The notes under the pieces were generated by a model. The model was not told the DNA's origin and searched no databases. It worked only from the letters and a program-made list of their open reading frames with translations. A DNA stretch of 64,000 bases from Trichoplax adhaerens (taxonomy: Eukaryota > Animalia > Placozoa), in the NCBI RefSeq assembly GCF_000150275.1, contig NW_002060945.1:5918991-5982990 (forward strand), in the 5' to 3' direction. This document shows positions 12,291 through 25,794 of the stretch, piece after piece (position 1 is the stretch's first letter; the number at the start of each line of letters is the position of its first letter). The translations under genes were made by a program, and so were the position numbers.

Positions 12291-15200
12291 AGACGGAATT
12301 AAAGATTAATACATCGATGAATTTCGTATGTGATCATAGGCAATTTGAAAGTTTTTAAGAATCAAAAAGCTTCCAAACTTCCACATGCATCGATGTAACA
12401 TGCCAGTGCAGGTATATGTTCTGGTAGTTACGAGTACAGCGGGTACGGGGCAGAAATTATTCTTCATTTCGTAATTTCAAAGCAAATTCAAAATACAATA
12501 TTGTTAGTAACCTTGCTTATGCAATTGAATTACTCTATCAACATAAATTCCGTTCTAAACATAAAATATCGAAAATACAACTGTTTATGTCCCAGTTAGT
12601 TGATCGTGCCTTTGTAAACGCTCGGAAAATATCGACTAAGTCTGATATTGATTAATACCCGAGTACATTATCCGTGATAATAACGCATGCCAAGTAAATC
12701 TGAATGCAAGTTAAGCCTTAAAAATTCTACAAATCTTGATATGATTAGAAATTTCCCAATGGCCATCATTATTTTATCTTAGTTGAAATCGAAGTAATTT
12801 CCGCCAAAGTACGTAAATCTATCGTGAAGCGTATTATTAATATTAATTCCAGCATTAAAGTGAAGGTAAAGTGAACTATAGCCACGGTTTATCATAATGT
12901 TGCCGATGGCCAAACGTAACTTCTTCGGACTTTGCTAGTTCAAGTATAGCAATTGTTCACGAATATTTGTAGCAGCTCAACACCGTATACAACGCAAGGA
13001 AATATCAGGTTATAGTCAATAGCATGTGTACATAGTTTACAGCGACGCTTGATGCTTTTCAATCCCTGCATTAAAATCGATAGTGATTTGCTATAATCTT
13101 AGATTGCCACCATACTGTAGACTCTTTGTCGTCGATTGCCACGATTTACTGACTACATCATCATGATAGCTGCGTAGTACTATCATCAGCGAGATACTAT
13201 TAATTAAAACAAATTGGAACGCAACTTGCCGATTTATCGTCTATTATACTCGAATTTACAATATTATTTACTTCAGTGACTGATGTTCGACTGCTGATTT
13301 AAAAACCAATCGAGATTTACCATTATTACGATTGGTCATGATCATATTGACCTGGTTACCATATTGCTCCAGTCTTACTTAGCTACCAATGTCACCGTAG
13401 CATTTTCGTATCCTAACCAATTCATTGTAGACTTATAGACACTCAATCGTGTTAACTTTATTGATTTGCAATAGAAATTACTGTAATAAGAGTAAAATAA
13501 TTAACAAATGGATACTGTTATCTCGTGATCAATAAGCTAGAGATCTTATATTCTATTCTATATAGTATGCATAATAACTATGTTTTTTAACATTACCATG
13601 CAAAACATAACTGTCAATGGAGAGTTACTATTGCAGTATTTTGAATTCATATTGTATTTTTTTCCATCTACTGTATATTTGTCAATCTTACTCTCTCTTT
13701 CTCTCTATATATATGTCATAACAGCATAATAATCACGTCAGGAAAGGACAATAATTGTCATAAGCCTTAAGTTTAATTTGGAGATTTTTAACTTGTATTG
13801 TTTTCCCTTGGCCAATCATCGTTGACTTAATTTTATTATCATCATCTTGACTATAGATTACATTGTTCAAGTCAAGAAAAAAACTTCGATCATAATATAT
13901 TAACTTGATAGCAGGTTGATCGAGCTCGAGGGAAATCCTTTTTCAATGTTTTTTGTATTCAACTGATGACATTACGCATCTGTTAAATAAAAAGTATTGC
14001 TTTACCCTTCAAAGGGATGATATTGGCTATCATACGATTCATCTACACGCAGATTTAATCTTAGAATAATTAATGGTCGAAAGAGTTTAACATACAAGTG
14101 GTAGTTATGCACGCTGCCAACATGTCATATTTTGGTCTTTAAAGGCGATAAAAGTGTTCAGGTAAAATTATAACCCATCCTTCCTATGTTAGAGTTCCTT
14201 GAATCATTTTAGTAATATTGAAATTATCTTGCCAACAATTGCATGGTAATGCAGTTATGATAATGAGTAGTGCTTTAATTTTTACCTTTTTTTCAACGAT
14301 AGTAAGATCAAATTCTTCGCAATAGGCAACCTTTCTTCAGTAATACCGTATATATTCATGTGACTATTGCTGATAAACTAACTTCCTTGGGTAATACCAC
14401 AACAGCATTCTGACTTCGTGTGACTTAATTGCATCAAAGAAGATATTAAGTTAATTCACAAATTCTATATTACGCTTCTTTCAATAGCCAATCAATTCTG
14501 GTAAAGTAAATTAGACTAAATAGTAATTGAATATCAATAAATTTTAATCGACGGTGAATGCGTTTCTATACTGTCACTGACTGGAAGGAGGCTTAAATAG
14601 TTTGAATTTTTTTTTTATTCTATTTTAACCGTAGTTAGTAAATATAAGCGTTATGTTCTCTAGTGCGACACTAGGTCAATCACGCAATACTAGGTTAGAC
14701 GCTGCAAAGTAGCCTGCAGCGAGGAGTCCACATCTTTATTCTAGGTTGCCTTCGCCACAAGTGATATTATATATCTATTACATACGTATTAGTAAATTAT
14801 TAGTGAACGTGTCAATACATTTACGATATTAGTATTATACGGTTATCTCATCAGTTAGGCAGCTATGCAATTTATCTGCCCTAATTCCTAGACATTACTA
14901 GTCTATCATACATAACAACAAGATAAAATCATTTCATTTTATTTTACAAAGTACAGCAACTGTACTGTTTTATAGCTTAAGCAATTGTAGTATTCTGTAA
15001 TCTTGAAGAATGCGTAGTAGTATGATTCAAATTCCACAGCCCATGATTGAAAATTACTCATGACTGATACATCGGTGAACTTTTGATATCCGTAATCCAT
15101 TCTGATAGTGAGCTTAACAAGTATTCAATTGTTGATATTAGGCAATATGAAGCATCTTTTTAAAATGATACCAATATGAAAATTGATAAAATTAAGTGAC

Positions 15201-15380
15201 CATTAGACTGTTGAAATGAAACCTTTGTCATTGATATTATTGTCACCCGTAGAATGTATCGTTTACAACGTTAAATTTTCTCTTTCTTGACGCAATTTTT
15301 TTAAACTTCTTGACCAATTCAATATTTTACAGGCCCTTAACTCTCTCTGATTCAATTCATCCCAATTGAGAGATAGCAAG

Positions 15381-18300
15381 ATGGTAAGAAAATAATTGAT
15401 ACAATGTTAGTCTAACTTATTTCGATGAATAGTGATTACTATTTGTTGTTTAGTGAATTGAAAGCGAGCAAGATGGTCAGAAATTAATTTGTATACACCC
15501 ATTCTAACAAACAACAACTTCTATCCATAGTAATAATTTCAATTGCTAGTTTAATTACTTGAAAAGTTGGCTAATAGGTTAGGGAATGCCTAGAGTACTT
15601 TATTTAATAGATAGTTTTATCCATGAATAAGACTAGTCGAGATTGCTATTCTAGTTAGTAAGAAGTGTACATAGATCGCAAAATGGCTGATTACTTGGAG
15701 TTGATTTTATAAATTTAAGGAATAGTATAGTTTTTTGTAAAGTACTGGAATGATAGAGAAATGGTTAGTATTATAAATCGTTTCTCTAGTAGTTTACTAA
15801 TTTTACTATTTATCACTACTAGCCCTCTGCTAGTTTGGCTAACTAAAATGAGGATAAGATTTTCGAAAGAATTTGTTCATGCATAGTCTTATAACACTTT
15901 AAGTTTACCCAACAATTAAGAAAGTAAACAAGATGGTTAAGAATTGATTTTTATATTGGAAAATCTTGCCGATTTAAAATTTATTTAATGAAACATAGAA
16001 TCTATAGCCATTTTAATAAATGATATAATACTGAAACGATGATATTTCCCTATTTTATTTATAAATCTGATAACCCAAAGCATTTTATCTACTGTCTAAC
16101 TTTATCTTTTAAAATTATCTTATTACCGTTCCAAAACTACATTTTAAGCTACTAGTTTTATCCTTGAGTTAGACAATAATTATCAATCTAGTACCATACT
16201 GTATGATAGAAATTATACTGTACTTAAAAGCCAAACTGATAAAAATTATAATTACATTCGCAAGTTAAATGATGTTATCCAGTACATGTAAACTGAAAAC
16301 TGGACTTTTATCTATAGGAATCGAAATCTATTTCTCAACTTCCTCATAAATCATTTTCGTCATCGTGGGGTCGTTATGAATTTATATGTAGTTACCAGTT
16401 ATCCTTAATTGTCTTCTATTTCTCCGTTTCGCAAATATGGAAACTTCCTTTTATTGCCTATCTTAATGGTAGAGGTATGTTCACACATAATATATACTCA
16501 TAGATATAGATTAAATTATTAAACGTTTATTACTGAAAAATGAATGCACCTTCTGTTCTGGTACTGTGACATTCATTAATTAATGCATCATCAATATTAT
16601 AATTTTGTTGTGTGATGAATCATATGTTGACACCTAGCTACTAATTAACTAATATTAAATGTCATAGAAAGTGTGTTGTGATTCTGGCTATAATAAGTAT
16701 GTAGACTGGGTTATTAATTAATTACTGTTTTTGCACCAACGAAGTTAGTGAGGATATATAAAGTCTCAAAGTTCTTAATTGAGAGTTAGTTACGTTAGTC
16801 GATGACAGATGGTTATCAGTTGCTAGTCGTAATTGTAAGTTGTGCGTTCAATCGGACATTTTAATAAAATAGCTTCTAGAATAAAGTTTTGATCCTTAAC
16901 GTGAGTAATCTATCGTCTAAGACTCGAATCTAAGTTTGGTTGATTAAAGAGTGCTTAGAGTTAGTTGCTTAGATAGTTAAGTCTACTTTAGAGGAAAGAA
17001 TCCCGTTTAATTCTTGTGTTACAATCTCGGTTGTGGCAGGTACAAAGTACTTTGATTCTTGTAAATCTATACGTGACTAAAAAGCAATGAATTTGAGTTA
17101 CTAAATTAGTAAACAAAGAAGTAACGTTTGATGGACAGACCTATATCTAGCCTAACTTGAAACTCTTTCGTTGAAAAATTCAGTAATATAGATTTGTTTG
17201 AGCTTTTCATAGCCCTTCTATCCGTACTTTACAATCTTTCTACTATAAGAGTTACCACCATACTTAATGCTCAGAAGCATTGAGAAGTATTTGTATACTT
17301 GTGCTATTATAATAAATTAAGATGGCAATGCTATCAATTACGGTCTATTCCTTAGGCACTTGAATTAGTGGCAATCTATACGTCTAACCTGATTAAAATC
17401 GATTCGTTGAAGAAATCCAGTAAAAGATATAGATTTAGAATAGTACTGATTCACTTTTGTTGCCTATAATTTAGTCTAAAAGGTCTTTGCTGTAAGTAGT
17501 ATTACGATATCTGCAAATAGAATTGATGCGTATTTTTCGTCGCCCCTATTTATATCAGTTTATACGGTACTAATTTAAACTATCCTGCAATCATTGCAAT
17601 AAGTGATGTATGACTTCTTTTATTTATATTAATAATATTATTAAATTTTATGATGATATTTAAATGTTACGTGTATAAAAATATAGATTAGAATCACCTT
17701 GATGAGCAATTTTTGTTTATGTTAATGTCTAGTGGCCTTCTTCGTACCCTACATCTTGGTACTCATTGTAGTAATCTTACCTGGGAGCTACTTAGAAATG
17801 CTGATGGGGCAAATAGCAAAGAAAGGGACTATACAATCTTGGAATAAATTAATGCCAATTTGGAAGGGTACATAACTCAGCTAAACGTGTAGAAAGTTAA
17901 CATAATAGTCCTATTACATTCTATTGAATAGCTCTCGTATAAAATTCACTAAGATTACGAACTATTTTTTCAATATTTTATATGATCAATAGGACTTGGC
18001 TACGTTCAAGTGATGATGTTAATTGTATCAGCTATTTTTATGGCTCCGCTAACTGGTTATGCGCTTTATTATTTCATGGTTGCATTAATAACTAAACCTC
18101 GCTCTAATCCACCATGGAATTCTTGCTCTAATTCTTGGAATACTCAATACTGTCGAACTACTTATCAATTCTGTTCGCGAAATATTATTGAAAATTCATC
18201 ATCTCTTCATACCGCACTTCCTACTACTACCACAGCATCATACCAAAATTGTATTAATCCAGGTCAATTGGTTCGAATGCCAGAATTAGAGTATTGGTAG

Positions 18301-21300
18301 TAAGTCTGCCTAAGTCTATCATCCATTATATATTATTATCGATCTCTTTTTTTTTTCTTAATGCATATTTTTAGTAGCTAGAGGATGTAGTTTATTAATT
18401 CTAGAATAGATATTTCATATTTATTAACATTAACATTTATACTCGTTTTATTTTGGATTGCAGTTTTCAGGTACTGAATATTAACTCTTCAGGAATCGGT
18501 GGTATAGTTCCATGGCAAGTTGTATGCTTATGTACAGCGTGGGGACTTGTTGCCATCACTATATTCTTAGGATTGTCCTCATTTAGAAGGGTACTCTATC
18601 AAATGCTTCTAAATAGTGATAACTATTAATATTACAAATAATAGCAATCCGTATATGGTTAAATTTCTATGATATATATGTTTCTAAACATATGAATAGT
18701 GCTACAAAGTTTAATTACTTTGTTATTACATATATCACCTAAAGGCAAATGACTGATTTTAATCGATTTATTACCATTATTTAGGAAACATCTTAAAATT
18801 TAATTACTATATTATTACAAGTATCGTTTAAAGTCAAATGATTGACTTTTAATCGATTTATGACCAAATCGTTCACAAGAGCACTCATGAATAGTTTCTC
18901 GAAAGTAAACAATCGATAGAAATCTATAGTTTTTCAGTTATAATAAATAAATAATTTAGGGAAGCTATTTTTCTAATAGCATAACCGCTCATAAATACCA
19001 TCATGTATCATTTTATGCTCTATCGTGATGTATTAAATTTAGATGAAGTCAAAGATCTTTAAGTAACGTAAGATTTTATTCCTTTTTATAGGTGGCCTAT
19101 GTAATTTTTTCTCTAAGCGTTGCAGCCATCGCTATACTATTAGTCGTTGCTCTATCTCTGCCAGCAAGTCCTAATGCAAAATTTCAGTTTTTTAATGAGA
19201 GTTCGATTCTACCTTTATCAAGACCAGCTACTTGGGCTGCAGCTCTTGCTGAAGCTATTTTCTCATTCTCAATTGCATCTGGATGTCTAGCTCACCTTGG
19301 AAGTCGAAATAAAGCCAATACAAATCATCTTTGGTTAGCATTAATATTCATACCTGTACAGTCTTGTAATTTTGTCCTATAATTATCACAAATGCCGCTC
19401 TACAGTCACTGCTTTTTAATTGAAAAATCACCTAGAAATACATTAGTTTAGGATTACCTAACTTTAAATCATAATTACAAGAAATAAGTAATAATAGTAC
19501 TACTGTTCATATTAACAAGCATAGCAATATTGGCACTATTAATCCATTACTATGGAAACTACTGTTATGAGTAGGTGATCCATTTGAAATAATTTATTCG
19601 ACATCAAAAAGCTTATAGTAGATCTTATACGATTTATACTAATGCTATGATACTGCCATAAATCTTAGCTAATACAAAAATCAAATTATTGTAAGAATGA
19701 AACACAAATAGCTAATAGAAATTTAACAAAATTAACCTTTTTTAAAAGACACATGTGTTTCTGAACCAACTTTTTTATGTATTCTCATGATGGTACTATC
19801 ATTTAGGCATTCCTTAATCTCGATTATTGCCATTGCTATGTTTGCCTTGGCATCCTGCCAAATGGTGATTACATTTGTATCCTACATTGCCTCTCAATTA
19901 AACGTTCCTATTACTCAAGTTATAACCTTAGGTATGTGATAAATACCAAGATCGTCTTTTATAGCTTTAATCAAGCAGTCTACTGCGGTAATTATACTGT
20001 AAAAGTTTGAAACAAATAATAAGAAAGAATTTGCTTGCTCGTATTATCAATCTAGTTAACCTTTTTGCCGCACAAATGGCCAATAGTAAATAAATATAGA
20101 ATAATTATCGTTGTAGAATATGAGTACTGCTAAATCAAATAGATAATCTTTAGTAGGTCTTTTACGGTTTATTACCGGTAGTTTATTTTCTCATTATAAA
20201 AATGATTAAATGACTAGATATCATTGAGTAAATACTGTAATTATTGATATTTTCTAAAAGACTATAACCTTGTGAGTTATTGAAAGGTATAGAATTAAGC
20301 TCTATTATTTATTCCTCCTTAGGCGTTAACCTTGCATACGTTGCATTTCCTACACTGTCACGACTTACTGTAACTGGAAGGGTAACGTTAATCGTCTTTT
20401 ACGCGTTGATTATTCTAGTATGCATCTCTAAAATGGTAAGTAGTACAAGATATATCCATGCAATAACAGTAATTGATGTTTATGCAGATCTTGTTGTGCG
20501 TTAATATTAAGACACATGCTAAACATCGGCAGAGAATAGACAGGTGTAGCTTTAGCTTATTTAATATAAAATTATTCAACATTAACTTAGTATCGCAGTA
20601 TTTATGTTAATCTGGTCCTGTAATTCATTTATATTAGCATTTAGCGGAATGATACACATCCATAGTCTAACTAGCAACAAAATAAATCTCCACTCCTAAA
20701 TTTTATTACGATTTCAACATCGATATTAAAGGCAGCTCTATAACTTATGGAATCATTTTGTTTATAGTCTGTAGTAATTAGTCTTACCATGAACGGGGGG
20801 GGCATTAATAGTGATATTCAGTGGCAGATTCTATAAATAAATTGACTGAGGCTTGTTACCAATTTAAGGATTAATGTGCTGTCATCTGCAATACGCACTA
20901 TTTGCTTTAAAGTTTCTGAATGCGAGGTCCTAAAGGTTATCTGTTTCCTCAACTTCATCTTAATCATACTCTATTTATTTGCAAAGTATTAAAATTAAAT
21001 TTGATACCTCGTGTAAGACTCAAAGACTTTGATGCAATGATATCTTTTTTATGTCTACAACTAGTGAAATTTTCTTTTTATTAACAGGCAATCTTTACTG
21101 AGGTTGCTTTTGACGCGATATTTGAAGAAATTCCTGATGGATATTTAAAGCGTTATAAAGTTTTGTGGCGAATTGGCTTTATTGCCGTATTAAATTGCAT
21201 CGGATTGATCTATACTACCCGGGTATAAATAGAATATTAAAGGGAGTGTAACATGCTCTACTTAAATAATTATAATTACTGGCTTCTCTAGTCGTGCCAT

Positions 21301-22445
21301 TTTCTGTAATATACTGACTGATTACGATCTTATAAACTAATGAATAATAGGGTGGACTCAGATTTATAGAAGCTACAGACGAAGCTGTAGCCCTTGTACA
21401 AACTCTACTTATCATTTTTCAGTATGCAGGATTGGCTTTTTTGTTTAGTAAGTCCCGACACATATAAACCATAAGATTAAATAACCCATAAAATTGATCC
21501 TAAAGGACTTTTAACAATTATTATACTTTACGATTTAGTTTTAATTAGTCATAGATCCTGTTATTAGACTACTAAAGAAGTAATCGCTTAGTATCCTTAA
21601 TTCAATATCGCAAGGCATGATTAACATTAATCGTTGATTCTTTAGCTAACAGAGTTTATTTCATGATGAAATAATTCAATTTTAGTAATTTATACTCAGA
21701 GTAGATGGATGTAAATTAGTAGCTTTTACCTTTAATGAATTAAGGCTAAAATTTCACTTGCACTAATTTAGAAATTGAAAATGTTATAATTTTGTAATAT
21801 TGAGATATAAAGTGCGAATATGGGACCCTTTTTTTATTAAACTTGACGAGAATTATAACTTTATAACTATGTTGTTTCTTTAATAATAATTACTTACAGT
21901 CAGAGCCCGAATGATTCGAAATACCGTAAACTATATTCGATTAAGTCAACACCGTCTACTCATGCTCTGGCTACCCATCGCTCTGGTTTCGCTTATTATA
22001 TATGTGGTAAGCTTGAGCTATTAAAATTCTTCTAGAAATACATAATTTAAATCCTTTATCTATCTTAAATTTGCATCACTTTATGCTTTTATTCCATCCA
22101 TTTCGATTTACTAACATTGTTAATATCGGTTACAATTATTTTTAGATCTACGACGTGTACTACTTCAACAGCTTATTTTCCAATTTTCCGGCCTCTCTTA
22201 ATTTTCTCTTAATCGCAGGCTGGGTCTTCTTTGGAATAAGTTTGGCTATATTTATTGGATTTATCATTTATCAGGTGTTTTATAAATATCGCCAAAATAA
22301 GATTGGTGCTATCACGCCGCATGGAAATTTAAATATGGACGTTGGATTTATCCATTATATGTCGATGAATGTTGATTCAGTATTAGATAGTGCCGAAACC
22401 TATCATTTAAAACTAGTTTATAGCGATACTGCATCTAAAATATAA
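15381..22445 (+). CDS. Divergent SLC6/NSS-fold transporter, paralog A, 12 coding exons, 614 aa
   Basis: Exons 15381-15383 (ATG only), 16318-16474, 17733-17867, 17993-18296, 18464-18590, 19092-19333, 19807-19931, 20323-20435, 21088-21222, 21351-21447, 21900-22006, 22146-22445; total 1845 nt, open. SLC6 marks: AFFVPY..LP..YLEM..GQ....G.IQSW..L.PIWKGLG, PW..C.NSWNT..C, P..EY, LGSRNK, G..LAYVAFP. Choice of ATG exon is the least certain part. Confidence 0.88.
16565..17038 (+). mobile_element. Solo LTR (474 bp) in intron 2 of SLC6 paralog A
   Basis: TGTGAC...GTGGCA termini with perfect 5-bp TSD GGTAC (16560-16564 and 17039-17043). TATA-like GATATATAAAG near 16753 and AATAAA near 16863 and 16880. 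Confidence 0.8.
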
Positions 22446-23244
22446 CAGCAAAAATCCAACCTTATCCTTGATTATATTAAGTAATTAATTTTACTAAAGT
22501 AAGAACTAGCTTATAATGATCCCATAAAAATACGAGTACATTGCTAATTTTTAAAAAAACTTTGTCACTATCGGTAAACTTGGGCTGATTTTGAGTATTA
22601 AGTAGCCTATCCTAGAAGTTAAAAGCACATATTTTTAATGCTCTATATTTGTAAAATTGCAAATTTGGGACGAAAATACTATATAAACTTATTATATATC
22701 GATATTTACCGATATAAAACTGCAAAACTACTATACCGCTGATAAAGTAAATTTGCTATTTACAGCATTTCGTATTATGCTTCTTTGCATTGATAGAAAA
22801 AGTAACTCAATTTCGTAACTCTGCAACCTTTACTTTACAATCCAACCGAATTTTGAAATGGTGTATCATATTCATGGTTTATTTCTAATTCCGATTCCTT
22901 TAATGAATCAATTGATTGAACTATTACGGCTTGTTAATGCATGCATTATCCGGTAGATAAAGTTACTTGGTATATTCATTAGAGAATATAGTAAACGGTA
23001 ATTCGTATTGACTGAAAAGCTGATATTTCCTATGATGTTACTAAAAATTTCTTTACTAGTGTTAAGCCTAATTAATTATCAACGTACAAAGTTCTTGCAT
23101 TTTAAAACTGATCTGAAGTATTAAGCAAGCCCAATCACCTTAATAGCCAGATATATACAACAGTAACAGACTATCGAGAGTTTTAAAGCCCGTAGTGCAT
23201 TTATTTGACTCTCTAGCTAATCTAAATAGTAGTAACGCGAAAAA

Positions 23245-23720
23245 AGGGCTAGAAAGATTCTTAAAATCAATGTTTCAGTTATTGTATCTGAATCTCTTAC
23301 TCAACGTTGGTACAAAAATGTCAAAGTAAGCTAGAAAGATTTTCAAGTCTATCATACAGTCACTCTAACTGAATCCTTTACTCCATCTTATTACAGTAGC
23401 TGAGCCCTTTACTATTCAAAGCATTGAAAGTGATCATAAAACTGTGTAATGGTTTACATAGAATAAAGTATGTTAGTGGGCTTTGGCTGATGAAAAAACG
23501 GTAAAGTAACATAGTAGCCGTGAGGCTGTTACAAACCAAAAATTGGTTTGTTCGTGATCGATAACGATAGTAAGCTATATAATGTACAGCAATAACTCAG
23601 TCATTTTGGGAAAAGCCAGAAAGATTCCCGTGTAATAATCATTCTCACTAAACTCTTTACTCAGTCAAAGCATTGCTAGCTAAACTCTTTTACTTATTCA
23701 AAGCCTTGAAAAGTGATGAT
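23245..23720. repeat. Degenerate direct-repeat cluster
   Basis: gc(t/c)agaaagatt...ttactc units near 23248, 23330 and 23615; tattcaaagc.ttgaaa duplicated near 23413 and 23696. Confidence 0.5.
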
Positions 23721-24470
23721 TTTTAAAAAGTAAAATAATTTATCTATGATCTATGGCTGCATTAAATGAATAAATAATTACTACCTTAGAATATATCCAA
23801 TGCGGAGCCAAATTAGCATGATTATGCAAATATTGTTCATCAATAAACTAGAACGCTGTACAACTATACATATGAAAATGATGCTTACGTATTGGATAGG
23901 TACGGTAGAAGTCATACAGTTTAGTCCTACATAGTTGACGTTGTTTGGCAACAAAAACTGTAGCATTAGGTCTAGTTTTAAATAGTAAGATGATAGAAGA
24001 TTGACGTCATTTATTTATTTAGCGAAAGCGTGCTATTTTCTTTAATGAGTCGGAGCACTGCCCCTAGCAAAACACAATATAGATTGCAAATATTATTCTG
24101 GTTCAGCCATTACTCGTATGTTGAAAAATCTACAACAACTTATGTTTTCTATTTAATCTCAATTTATTTTATTTTATCTGGAATAGAGGGGGCATTTTCT
24201 CCTTAGTAAAAGCGTAATTATTATGGTTGGAAACGGTCGTTGCTAGAAAATTGTAGTAATGACAAGGTGCCTTTAACAATTACTACTTGCGGGGTAGCCA
24301 TTCTTTCATGTTTACTTTGGCATAACTGTTCCTCAGAAGTCTGGACTGTCTCTGTGGTCTTTCTTTAGAATTGAGGTGCGGTGGAATAGATAATTTAGGG
24401 CAATCTATTAGTCATTACGAAGCGATGAATCACCGGGAAACTCAAGTTGATTCCATCCTGTGGCCATACA

Positions 24471-25280
24471 TTAGCCGACTGAGATATTACGTAGTACAAG
24501 GCCGCTCCTGAGCTATTCTTATAACTGCCGTATTCATCATCTTCCACTTGATCATGCGATTTCATCCATTCATTTGTAATAAGAGGATTGAATAAATGTA
24601 TAACTACAGTAGAAGAGTAGATTAGCCGATTAAGTCATTACGTAGAAAAAGACCTTTCCTAAGTTACACTCATGACTACCGTATTCATCATCTTCCACAT
24701 CATTACGCCATTTCCTTCATTCATTTCTAACAAGAGGATCGAATTAATGCCTCAAAAAGATTAAAGCTCTATTGCAAATTTAATCGATGATACAACTACG
24801 CTGTGAACAGACCGTTCAAGACACTTACTTAATTATTGACCTATTTCATCGCTTACAGTATCTAGATTAAAGCAATAACGGACATTGTTTTTTTATCTAT
24901 CTGATGACAATATCCATGACTAGCAACAGCTTATTGAATGCAATCTATTTTAATTAATCAATCTAGTTGATTTCGTCTTATGGCTATAGTAGGAGAGAAT
25001 AGATTAGCCGATGGAGTCATTACGTAGTAAGAGACCTTTCCTAAGCTATTTTCAGGACTGCCATATTCATCCTCTTCTACATCATTACGCCATTGCTTTC
25101 ATTCATTTCTAACGAGAGGATTAAATTAATGCAACAAAGAGATATAAGTTCCATTACCAATTTGATCGATGATAACTTACAATATCGAAATTAAAGCAAT
25201 AAGAGTCGTCACTTTAACTATTTAATGACACTATCCATGGCTAGCGACCGTTTACTCAATTTCATCTATTTTAATCAATC
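24471..25280. repeat. Three-copy degenerate direct repeat (about 130-bp core; copies 2 and 3 spaced about 380 bp)
   Basis: ttagccga.....attacgtag....cct.ag.ta....act.cc.tattcatc.tcttc.ac at about 24471, 24622 and 25003, with further shared sequence downstream of copies 2 and 3. Confidence 0.8.
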
Positions 25281-25794
25281 CAATCGAACTCGTTTTAAAC
25301 TTCACTACCACATAGTAATAGGATATCAGCTCAAAACTGACAATATCTTTTGCTCTTACTCTAGACCTATAGTAAAATAAAGTATAAATAACTAATTGAA
25401 TCATGGTCAATTATACAACACATGTCGATGATAGTAATGATAGAGACAAGATTAGATGAGCGTGAAATATCAATAGGGCGTGTAGAGCTCTCTATGAATG
25501 TCAATCAAGGCATCGTCTTTATTCAAGAATGAGCAGTCTGTTTAAAATTATGGTATAAATTCAGCGACGCCATAATCAATCTGTTGTTAGCCTTTATAAT
25601 AAAGACTCAATAGGCGTTGATCATCAAAGAAAACATGAATTAAAAAGTCCTGGATGGAGTTATCTTACCCTAACATAACACTGGATGACGAATAATTGAA
25701 TCGGTTGACAAAAAGAGATTATTGTTAGTCATTGCAGTTAGTTTGCCTTCTTTTCAAGTGTTAAGGGTAGGCTGACTATCGTGGGAGAGAAAAG

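Noticed and set aside
24471-25280. Direct repeats as a CRISPR-like array
   Set aside because: Long degenerate units without constant short repeats or unique spacers; eukaryotic context and no cas genes.
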